A stretch of DNA of 64,000 nucleotides, taken from contig JAKPMO010000004.1 of assembly GCA_029548865.1 (NCBI GenBank), forward strand, positions 96,001-160,000, in the 5' to 3' direction. Shown here piece by piece: positions 56,745-64,000 of this stretch. This DNA is from Caldisericota bacterium (lineage in GTDB: Bacteria; Caldisericota; Caldisericia; JAAYUI01). The translations under genes and the position numbers were made by a program. The notes beneath the pieces are model-generated. The model did no database searches, was not told where the DNA came from, and saw only the letters and a program-made list of their open reading frames with translations. Every line of letters starts with the position of its first letter. Within the stretch, counting starts at the first letter, position 1.

Positions 56745-57784
56745 AATTCAGGGGAAGCAACAAGGTATATCACTTTCTTACGGACGAGATCGGATTAAGG
56801 CCCGGTGATGCCGTGGTTGCCCTCACTGAAAAAGGTATTGATATTGGTCATGTGACCTACACAACCCAAAAAGTGGAGAACCCGGCAGGGCTCAAAAAAC
56901 TGCTCCGCAGGGCAACAGCGCTTGACCTTATAAGGTTCCATGAAAATATGGCCCTGGAGAATGTTGCCAGGGTTGAGGCCCAGAAACTTGCTGATTCAAT
57001 GAATCTCCAGATGCAGTTTGTTGTTGCCTGCTACAACCTCGACAGGTCAAAGGTGACCCTGTATTTCATGGCTGAAAAGAGAATTGACTTCAGGGAATTT
57101 GTCAGGGAACTCTCCAAAAAACTCCATATTAAAGTTGAACTGTGGCAGATCGGACAAAGGGACGAAACGAGACTGTTTGGTGGGATTGGCCCATGCAACA
57201 AGGTTTTTTGTTGCGCAACTTTCCTCAACTCAAAAGAGTCAGTCACCATTAAAGATGCAAAATGCCAGAGGCTCGATATTAACCCACAGAAGATAACAGG
57301 AATGTGTGGAAAACTGATGTGCTGCCTGAAGTATGAGGTTGACACATACAAAGAAGCATTACAGGATTTTCCTGAAGACGGGGAAACGGTGCTTTATTCA
57401 GGCCAGGAGTGCAAGGTCCAGAGCGTAAATCCGTTTGCCAGGACTGTAACAGTTACAGGCCCAGAAGTGTCTATCGTAACGGTCAAGATAGAGGAAATAT
57501 CAAGAAACTACCATGGCGAGTGGATCCCTGCAATCGGCTCGTATGAGAAGATGTCAGAGCAAAAAGCTGAAAGAGCAAGAATCAGCTTTGAAAATGCAGA
57601 ACTGGCAAAAACCAGGAAGAAAAAAAAGAAAGATAAACCGAGTGTCAGGCCCCCACACCATGGCCAGCCTGGTGACCAACCCTCGCAAGGACAGTTTCAG
57701 CACCAGTCACATGAAGTCCTGGATGAACAAGAACATCATAATCATCCCCCCACAGAACAAGATCAACCTGAGAGCCCCTTTTGA
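56672..57784 (+). CDS. ricT: PSP1/YaaT (RicT) family Fe-S protein
   Basis: RIDFREFVRELS, QIGQRDE, GIGPCNKVFCC and GMCGKLMCCLKYE. The start could be 56726. Confidence 0.9.
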   Translation: MEDTIEKNDVGTGNVPEGMDVVGIKFRGSNKVYHFLTDEIGLRPGDAVVALTEKGIDIGHVTYTTQKVENPAGLKKLLRRATALDLIRFHENMALENVARVEAQKLADSMNLQMQFVVACYNLDRSKVTLYFMAEKRIDFREFVRELSKKLHIKVELWQIGQRDETRLFGGIGPCNKVFCCATFLNSKESVTIKDAKCQRLDINPQKITGMCGKLMCCLKYEVDTYKEALQDFPEDGETVLYSGQECKVQSVNPFARTVTVTGPEVSIVTVKIEEISRNYHGEWIPAIGSYEKMSEQKAERARISFENAELAKTRKKKKKDKPSVRPPHHGQPGDQPSQGQFQHQSHEVLDEQEHHNHPPTEQDQPESPF

Positions 57785-58367
57785 TAAAGCTGACTTTTTG
57801 CCCCTGGTTGATGTAATCGTTCTCTGATACGAAACAGTCTATCTTGTTGACTACCTTGTCGGCAATTTCAATCATGGCCATCTTTATAGGGCCCTCAATA
57901 AATATGGTGTTTCTTTCATTCACAAGCTGATATTTTGCCCCAAGAAGGTTTACTGCCCTGCGGAGCCAACAAAACTGTATGTACTCCCAGAGGTCAACCA
58001 TTGGCAGATTCAGCTTTGCCTGTGTGTGGACAACCTTTGTTATTTTCCCTGATATTGGCGCGTAGTTGAAATGGACATCAAAGGGAGACATGTATATTCC
58101 AAAAAGAAGCCCTTTCTGGGGTTTGTCATCAGATTTGGAAATTTCCTCAACCTTTATTTTTGTACCGAGTTTTTCGCACTCAACTTGCCCGTTTTCGATC
58201 TTTTTTACATACATGAGCATGCCGTCGCACGGCGAGACAATAACAGATGAGTCTCCAAGAGAAGTTCTTGGTGGGTCCCTGAAGAACCAGATGTTTCTTT
58301 TCCAGTGCTGGTAAAGAAAATTTAGGCCAATCAGCACCACAATAATGCCCAGAATCCAGTAAACCAC
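57645..58367 (-). CDS. psd: Phosphatidylserine decarboxylase proenzyme (short PSD-A/archaeal-like type)
   Basis: FFRDPPR, VSPCDG, IYMSPFDVHFNYAPISG, NERN and the self-cleavage site RGS. GTG start after GGAGGT. Confidence 0.88.
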   Translation of the reverse strand: MVYWILGIIVVLIGLNFLYQHWKRNIWFFRDPPRTSLGDSSVIVSPCDGMLMYVKKIENGQVECEKLGTKIKVEEISKSDDKPQKGLLFGIYMSPFDVHFNYAPISGKITKVVHTQAKLNLPMVDLWEYIQFCWLRRAVNLLGAKYQLVNERNTIFIEGPIKMAMIEIADKVVNKIDCFVSENDYINQGQKVSFIKRGSQVDLVLWGDDYDVLVHPGLHVTGAETVLARVGHQAGHGVGA

Positions 58368-58531
58368 TTGCACCTCCAGCAAAAACAGAATCCTTGGGAT
58401 TATAGCAACAATTGGCCTAGTCGTCCAGAAGCTGTGCTTTTCTGTGGTTACTTAATCCTGATAAAATCAATATCTCATGGACATGTGAGTATTTGAAAAT
58501 TAGATAAATTATTGATAAACAAAAAAATTGC

Positions 58532-58690
58532 TTATTGTTGTTTTCTACCAGTAGTGAGCCAGTAAATTCCAATGATTACCAATCCAAAAACGAAATAGAG
58601 CATCCACCCAAGCAAATCAAAAACAAACCCAACAACCAAAACCACAGAAACAGAGAGTACTCCCAGGATTATCCAAAAGACGTTTTTCAT
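58532..58690 (-). CDS. Small 52-aa two-TM membrane protein (absent from the ORF track)
   Basis: MKNVFWIILGVLSVSVVLVVGFVFDLLGWMLYFVFGLVIIGIYWLTTGRKQQ; its ATG overlaps the upstream stop (TAATG). Confidence 0.7.
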   Translation of the reverse strand: MKNVFWIILGVLSVSVVLVVGFVFDLLGWMLYFVFGLVIIGIYWLTTGRKQQ

Positions 58691-59670
58691 TACTTTTCCT
58701 TTAGCCATTTATATGTGACGTATGGAAATTTGGGCGCATAGTAACCCAAAAAACCTGCGGTCGGTTGAAGAAATTTTCCAACAAACGGAGATGGTTTTTT
58801 ATAGAGGATGCCGTCCATTCTATAGAGTGAATCGATGTGCCTGTAGGTTTCTTCTAGCCCGTATTTCTCATACATCTTGGCAGTGGTGTCTGATTGCGTG
58901 TGCTGAATCAGCTCAACCGGGAAGTTGGAGTATTTGTTCAAATCGCGGGCAAGCTGGACAATCTCGGGGTTTGCGCCATTTGTTATCGCCTGTTCCCTGA
59001 GCTTCTTGTATCTCTCGAGGTCCAGTGAGTAGTGGTCTTTTATTTGCGCAAGCGCATAAACAGCGTCCAAAACATATTTTATTCTACTTGTGCACGTGAC
59101 TGGATCAAGCGCCCTGACCTCTATTGTTCCAAGCCTCCTGCTGATGATGAGGTCCTGAAAACGGTAGAACCTGTCGCCTGTGAGCGGCCCTGTTGCATAG
59201 CCAACAGCCAATCTGTAAGACTGCCCAAACCTCTCCCCCATCCGGAACGGGGCGTTTGCGGTCATGAGCATGATGGCTGGCAGGAAGTGTGCGATATTGT
59301 CATAAGCGCGCTCTATGTCCTCTGGCCCGCCGATATGGATTTGAAGGGCGCAAACGTTCGTTGGGGCATCAATCTGGATAAGATGCCCCAACGGAACGAT
59401 GTATCCCATTGCTATTTTTGACAGTTCGGCCCTCAGCCCTCGAAGCTGGGTTATGATCTCCAGTGGTGAATGGCAGATGTCGGTGGCCACTTCAAGGCCG
59501 CTCATCATGCCATATTTTAGGTCTTTTCCCCTTGCGAAGTTCGATGCCGTGAGGTGATAGTTTCTAGAGGGTTTTTTCCACAGGAGTTTTGCCAGGTAAT
59601 ATAGGGAGCGTGTCGTTGGAAGAAGGGGTTCTGTTACAAAAACCTCTTCCTCAAGGCCGAGTGTAATCAA
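58690..59670 (-). CDS. Glutamate--cysteine ligase family 2 (GCS2/YbdK-like) carboxylate-amine ligase
   Basis: TLGLEEE, LEVAT, ALQIHIG, ANAPF...SYR and GTIEVRALD. Confidence 0.75.
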   Translation of the reverse strand: MITLGLEEEVFVTEPLLPTTRSLYYLAKLLWKKPSRNYHLTASNFARGKDLKYGMMSGLEVATDICHSPLEIITQLRGLRAELSKIAMGYIVPLGHLIQIDAPTNVCALQIHIGGPEDIERAYDNIAHFLPAIMLMTANAPFRMGERFGQSYRLAVGYATGPLTGDRFYRFQDLIISRRLGTIEVRALDPVTCTSRIKYVLDAVYALAQIKDHYSLDLERYKKLREQAITNGANPEIVQLARDLNKYSNFPVELIQHTQSDTTAKMYEKYGLEETYRHIDSLYRMDGILYKKPSPFVGKFLQPTAGFLGYYAPKFPYVTYKWLKEK

Positions 59671-59676
59671 TTGCTA

Positions 59677-60225
59677 CTATTCCTCCTTGGCTACGATATA
59701 GTTCCTATTGTAGAAAGAATAAAAAGGTATCATGATTATCGATGATACTGTTCCTGAGATCAAGTTGAATAAAGGGGCGCTATAATAAATAAATTTGCCC
59801 CATCCTTGAGGATTAAGGCCATACAGTCTTATTGAAACCTCATTTGTTGGAAGCATGATCAATGCCCTGGCAACAACACCAATGAGCAATGCGACACCAA
59901 ACCATATCAAATAGTTTTTGTTTTTTGAAAATGGCTTGAAGACCGCATAAGAAACAAGACAGAATGTTGACAATGCAATAAAATTTGCCGTAAGACCTAT
60001 TGCGTCGGGTGTTACAAGGAAGTGACGCAATATATCTTTAATTGCGATAATCAAGACACCGGCAACCGGCCCAAGCATGAATGTTCCAAGAAGACAAAAA
60101 ATCTCGGAAAAGTCAAACTTTAGAATTGGATCCACCCAGAATGGAATTTGGATCAACATCCCCAAAAACGAAAGACATGACAAGACTCCGATAATTGCGA
60201 TGGTTTTTACAGACAACCTTTTCAT
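59677..60225 (-). CDS. ribU: Riboflavin ECF S-component
   Basis: LKFDFSE and GPVAG...IKD motifs, PLFNLI; directly downstream of an FMN riboswitch. Confidence 0.88.
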   Translation of the reverse strand: MKRLSVKTIAIIGVLSCLSFLGMLIQIPFWVDPILKFDFSEIFCLLGTFMLGPVAGVLIIAIKDILRHFLVTPDAIGLTANFIALSTFCLVSYAVFKPFSKNKNYLIWFGVALLIGVVARALIMLPTNEVSIRLYGLNPQGWGKFIYYSAPLFNLISGTVSSIIMIPFYSFYNRNYIVAKEE

Positions 60226-60271
60226 GTAGTGCTCCTTTCCGCCAAGTCGGGGAAAATATACGGAAAGAAGA

Positions 60272-60388
60272 GACCTTCTTTCATCCGGACTTTACCGTCG
60301 GCCCCGGAATTTCACCGGATCTGCAAGGCCTTGCCTTGCTTGCGGGCTTTACCGCCGATAGGGAATTTCACCCATCCCCGAAGGCAGT
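60272..60388 (-). ncRNA. FMN riboswitch (RFN element)
   Basis: Minus strand reads CCTTCGGGGATGGGTGAAATTCCCTATCGGCGGTAAAGCCCGC...GATCCGGTGAAATTCCGGGGCCGACGGTAAAGTCCGGATGAAAGAAGG. The downstream CTTCTTTCCG can pair with CGGAAAGGAG, which contains the ribU SD. Confidence 0.95.
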
Positions 60389-60395
60389 CTGGATT

Positions 60396-61094
60396 CTATA
60401 AAATAATTTGGTTATCTTCAAGGTCATAAAGCGACCCCAACAGCTCCTGGGTTATGTTTTTCGGTTCGCCCTGCCAGAAAATCCTGCCGTCTTTTAAAAA
60501 CACTGTCCAGTCACAAAAGGCCCTTGCCAGTGATGTGTCATGCACGACCGCAACAGCGCAGTTTTGCGGCCCAAGCCTCTTTTTTATCTCTGCAAATGTC
60601 TTGACCTTGTACTTCAGGTCGAGGTGGGCTGTAGGTTCATCCAGAAGGTAAACCTTGGGGTCCCTGATGACAGTTTGGGCAAGCGATGCCCTTTGCAGTG
60701 TGCCATCGGAAAGGTCTGAAATAGGGGTGTTTCTGAACGCCACAAGGTCAAAGTCTTGTAAAACATTGTCCAGCCTGTTTTTATCGGCTACGGTCAATCC
60801 AAGCGACACATAGGCAGAGAGAGGGAGTTTGATTGTTCCGGATTTTACCGGTCTCTGGACTGCGACCGTTTTTGACAATTCGTCGAGTGTGTAGCTTTTT
60901 GTATTTTTGCCAAGCACTGATATGCTGCCTGAGAAAGTTTTTGCGATGCCAAAGAATGTTTTTATAATGGTCGACTTACCAGAGCCATTGGGCCCCATCA
61001 GGCCGACAAGTTTTGAGTTCTCGACATCAAACGAAACATCATCAATGACAACTTTGCTCCCGTATCCGGCCCTCAGGTTTCTGACTTTTACCAT
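60396..61094 (-). CDS. btuD: ABC transporter ATPase (BtuD/FepC-like)
   Basis: GPNGSGKST, LSDG signature and LLDEPTAHLD; start reassigned to MVKVRNL. Confidence 0.85.
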   Translation of the reverse strand: MVKVRNLRAGYGSKVVIDDVSFDVENSKLVGLMGPNGSGKSTIIKTFFGIAKTFSGSISVLGKNTKSYTLDELSKTVAVQRPVKSGTIKLPLSAYVSLGLTVADKNRLDNVLQDFDLVAFRNTPISDLSDGTLQRASLAQTVIRDPKVYLLDEPTAHLDLKYKVKTFAEIKKRLGPQNCAVAVVHDTSLARAFCDWTVFLKDGRIFWQGEPKNITQELLGSLYDLEDNQIIL

Positions 61095-62089
61095 GACGGT
61101 TTCCTTGATACGAGATAGAAGAAGAACAGGCCGCCGGCTATGTTCATGATGACCGAGGCGGGGACTTCCTGGAAAGGCATTATCGATCTCCCCACGGCAT
61201 CGGCAAGACCTAGCGTTATTCCACCAAGCAGAATACTGCACGGAACAACATATCTTGACTCCCCGCCAACGATTCTTCTAGAGATATGGGGTGTTATGAG
61301 ACCCACAAAGCCCATCAGGCCAGCAGTTGTGACCGCCATGCCTGTCAGGAGCGAGACGATCACGAACATCAATGATCTGAGCTTGACGGGATTTACGCCA
61401 AGGTAAGTGGCCTGTTCGTCGCCAAGCAGGTAAGCATCCATCTTTCTTGGAATCCCTATGAGCATGACGACCGATATGGCGACTGCGATGGCCAGGAAAA
61501 TGACCCCGGTATAGGATGAACTCGAGAGGCCATTATAGCTCCAGAAAAACGTCTTCTGGAGGATGTCTCTGCCCAGCACCACAATGATGTAGTTCAGCCC
61601 TGCGAACACAAACGAGAGCGCGACACCGGCGAGCACGAGGCTGGTGCCTGTGCTGCCTGTTCTTCCCGAAAGCAACCATATTATCAGGCAGGCAAGAACC
61701 GCACCAGCAAAAGCGAAAACAGAGACTGCGGAAAATCCCAGGATGGTCAGGCTGGCACCAGAAAGCAACGCGATGTTGACCCCAAATATTGCACCTGAGC
61801 CAATACCTGCGATGTACGGGTCTGCAAGGTCGTTCCTGAAGAGCGTTTGCGAGAGTGCTCCGGCAAGTCCCAGAGCCATGCCAGAGAGAACAGACACAAG
61901 CATTCTTGGCAGTCTCATGAGTAGAATTATCCTCGTGTGGGTTTCGGGAGAATTACCAAAGCCAAGAATGCTTGCAATGGCTTTTATTGCATCAATCGGG
62001 CCAATGCCTGAAGAGCCAAATAGTAGCCCGACAGACATTACCAGAAACAGGGCAAAAACGAGTAACAGTATTATTCTGGTTTGCTTCAC
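61088..62089 (-). CDS. btuC: FecCD/BtuC family ABC permease
   Basis: RLPR, QTLFRNDLADP, LGDEQATYLGV and GFVGLITPH. Confidence 0.88.
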   Translation of the reverse strand: MKQTRIILLLVFALFLVMSVGLLFGSSGIGPIDAIKAIASILGFGNSPETHTRIILLMRLPRMLVSVLSGMALGLAGALSQTLFRNDLADPYIAGIGSGAIFGVNIALLSGASLTILGFSAVSVFAFAGAVLACLIIWLLSGRTGSTGTSLVLAGVALSFVFAGLNYIIVVLGRDILQKTFFWSYNGLSSSSYTGVIFLAIAVAISVVMLIGIPRKMDAYLLGDEQATYLGVNPVKLRSLMFVIVSLLTGMAVTTAGLMGFVGLITPHISRRIVGGESRYVVPCSILLGGITLGLADAVGRSIMPFQEVPASVIMNIAGGLFFFYLVSRKPSW

Positions 62090-62907
62090 TTGCCGACAAT
62101 CTGCGAGATTATCTTCAGTGCGTCTAGCACCCTTGGGCTTGGCCTCATCAAAAGATCATCATTCATTATGTATATCGAGCCGTTTTTGGCGGCCCTGGTT
62201 TTGGCGACACCTTGCCTCTTCTCGATTTCGGCAACCGTCTTTTTGTATGATTCCGGAACAATGATTACTTCTGGATCAAGGCCGGCGATTGCTTCTTCTG
62301 AAAGCGTCGGGAAATCGCCATCAAGCCTGTCGCCAGCATTCTCTGCTCCAACCCACCTTACCATGTCGGCGCCAAGTGAATTCTTGCCAAATGTTGTTGG
62401 CGGGTTGTCCCATATTTCGAGATAAACCAGTTTTTTGCTGCCCTTCGCTGTCTCTTTGTGGAGCGATTCAATTTCTGGCCTGAGCTCCTGGGACTTTGCC
62501 GGCAGACCACAGATGTCTGCAACTTTGTCTATTGTGTCCAGAACATCGTTTACGGTTTGCGGATCAAAGGTCTCGACCCTTATTCCGGATGATTTTATCT
62601 TGTTTATGACATCAAGCGGAACAAGTCTGTTTACAAGAACGACATCCGGTAAAAGCTCGACTACACGCTCTATCTTTAGTGCATACGGATTTCCAAGGCT
62701 TTCCACTTTGGCAACTTCCGGGGGATAGTTGCACTGTGAGGTTCTCCCAATGAGCCTGTCGCCTGCACCAACAAAATAAACTATCTCTGTGATGTTTGGT
62801 GAAAGGGAGATGATCTTCTCCGGGGCATTGGCAGAAGGCTGGGCCGGCTGGACTCCACAAGAACAGAGCATGAATGCCAGCAATAAAACAGACAATATCT
62901 TTTTCAT
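62086..62907 (-). CDS. btuF: Cobalamin-binding lipoprotein (BtuF-like)
   Basis: Lipoprotein signal (LCSC), IISLSPNITE, CNYP and LMRPSPR. The start MKKIL follows GGAGGT; the longer track ORF runs through the riboswitch. Confidence 0.88.
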   Translation of the reverse strand: MKKILSVLLLAFMLCSCGVQPAQPSANAPEKIISLSPNITEIVYFVGAGDRLIGRTSQCNYPPEVAKVESLGNPYALKIERVVELLPDVVLVNRLVPLDVINKIKSSGIRVETFDPQTVNDVLDTIDKVADICGLPAKSQELRPEIESLHKETAKGSKKLVYLEIWDNPPTTFGKNSLGADMVRWVGAENAGDRLDGDFPTLSEEAIAGLDPEVIIVPESYKKTVAEIEKRQGVAKTRAAKNGSIYIMNDDLLMRPSPRVLDALKIISQIVGK

Positions 62908-62926
62908 ATTTACCTCCTCGGGTTTT

Positions 62927-63062
62927 CGCAAAGACGGTCTCCTGGCTTGCGGCTTGGCGCCTTGCGGGGTTTCCTTCCCGGTTGCCCAGTGGATTCCCCA
63001 GACTTGCCGCTTACAGTGGCGGGACCGCGCCGGATTCTCACCGGCTTCCGCTGCCTTTGCAT
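62927..63062 (-). ncRNA. Cobalamin riboswitch
   Basis: Minus strand reads GGAAGCCGGTGAGAATCCGGCGCGGTCCCGCCACTGTAA...CCACTGGG..CCGGGAAGG...AAGCCAGGAGACC (B12 box), upstream of btuF. Confidence 0.93.
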
Positions 63063-63067
63063 GGTCG

Positions 63068-63116
63068 AGTCTAGCCTCGCATTGGTCCTTGTCAAGATTG
63101 AATGCCAACATACAAT
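63068..63116. promoter_or_regulatory. Overlapping divergent promoters for the btu operon and radA
   Basis: Minus strand TTGACA-16-TAGACT; plus strand TTGTCA-16-TACAAT; the -35 hexamers overlap at 63089-63095. Confidence 0.55.
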
Positions 63117-63123
63117 CCAGAAT

Positions 63124-64000
63124 GTGGCCAAAAAAACGATAAGTTATGCCTGTTCGAATTGTGGTTATTCAAGCACGAAACCGCTTGGAAAATGCCCCGA
63201 ATGTGGTGCATGGGGAACATTTGAAGAGAAAGAGATGTTCCCGCAGGACTCCTCCAAATGCAAAGACATTGAGGTGGAGGGCATTTCTCTTGCCGAAGAA
63301 AACAGGATTGAAACTGGCATAACAGAATTTGACAGAGTCATGGGTGGTGGTGTTGTCCAGGGGTCGGTCGTTCTCATTGGAGGAGAACCAGGTGTTGGCA
63401 AATCCACGCTCATGCTCGCGGTGGCAAACAGCTACGCAAAAACTTCCCAAAGCACCCTCTATTGTTCTGGCGAGGAGTCCCCAAAGCAGATATCCATGAG
63501 GGCAAAACGCATTGGGGTGATGGACTCTGGCATTTCGCTGGTTTTTGAAACAGATCTTGATGCAATCCTGAACGAGGCCGCAGAAAACCTCCCAAAAGCA
63601 CTGTTCATCGACTCGGTCCAGACAATAATGCTTGAGGATGCAGGCACCCCTGGCGGGCCAAACATGCTGAGGGAAGCGACCAGAAAAATAGTCGAGTTCT
63701 CAAAAAAGCATTCTGTAACAACCTTTCTTATTGGCCATGTCACAAAAGAAGGCAACATTGCAGGGCCAAAGACCCTTGAGCACCTCGTTGATGTGGTTTG
63801 CTACCTTGAGGGCGAAAGATATTCAACCCTAAGGATACTACATGGTGTAAAAAACCGCTTTGGTGCGACAGATGAAGTTGGTTTGATGGAAATGACCGAG
63901 GGTGGCTTCAGGGCAGCAGACAGGCAATCGCTTGTCAGGAATGAGAATGTTCCTGGGGTGGCAATAACCGCCGTTTCAAAGGGAAACAGGCCGATAGCGC
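63124..64000 (+). CDS. radA: DNA repair protein RadA/Sms (3' truncated by the window; absent from the ORF track)
   Basis: GTG start; Zn finger CSNCG...KCPECGAW; Walker A GEPGVGKST; DSVQT; AGPKTLEHLVD; KNRFG. Confidence 0.96.
   Translation, partial: MAKKTISYACSNCGYSSTKPLGKCPECGAWGTFEEKEMFPQDSSKCKDIEVEGISLAEENRIETGITEFDRVMGGGVVQGSVVLIGGEPGVGKSTLMLAVANSYAKTSQSTLYCSGEESPKQISMRAKRIGVMDSGISLVFETDLDAILNEAAENLPKALFIDSVQTIMLEDAGTPGGPNMLREATRKIVEFSKKHSVTTFLIGHVTKEGNIAGPKTLEHLVDVVCYLEGERYSTLRILHGVKNRFGATDEVGLMEMTEGGFRAADRQSLVRNENVPGVAITAVSKGNRPIA

Noticed and set aside
61095..61241. N-terminal extension of the ABC ATPase, and similar extensions for yitT, darA and holB
   Set aside because: These overlap upstream genes out of frame; coupled or RBS-supported starts lie downstream.
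62908..63111. 68-aa N-terminal extension of btuF in the ORF track
   Set aside because: It runs through the cobalamin riboswitch and promoter; the RBS and lipoprotein signal place the start at 62907.
1..64000. CRISPR arrays, tRNA/rRNA, IS elements, integrases or defence systems
   Set aside because: No spaced direct repeats, cloverleafs, or transposase, integrase or nuclease motifs were seen by eye, and the intergenic gaps are short.

Overview
This is a gene-dense bacterial chromosome segment from a likely anaerobe; the secreted-protein architectures suggest Caldisericia or a similar lineage, which is inference only. Bases 1-15.9 kb are a cell-surface cluster: two S8 protease-type proteins ending in cohesin+dockerin, an NHL-propeller protein with a cohesin and a copper-amine-oxidase-N (CAO-N) tail, yitT, and two PQQ-like propeller/Ig/CAO-N proteins. 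Bases 16-26.3 kb hold an unusual rpoB-fusA2(EF-G2)-rpoC operon with no flanking ribosomal-protein genes; its RNA polymerase has substitutions in the trigger loop and the rifamycin pocket. A 2708-aa secreted repeat protein is transcribed divergently from a gingipain-family (C25) protease that also ends in a cohesin-like domain and a dockerin. Housekeeping genes follow: lepA-hemW-bioY, ackA-purLMNH, and topB-two class A PBPs-tmk-darA-holB-ricT. A minus-strand unit carries a cobalamin riboswitch, btuFCD, an internal FMN riboswitch, ribU, a GCS2-type ligase and a small membrane ORF, followed by psd; a partial radA ends the window. The best candidate novel systems are a cellulosome-like cohesin/dockerin protease assembly and the RNAP operon containing EF-G2. 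No rRNA, tRNA, CRISPR array or mobile element was seen. All calls come from motifs read by eye; no database searches were run.
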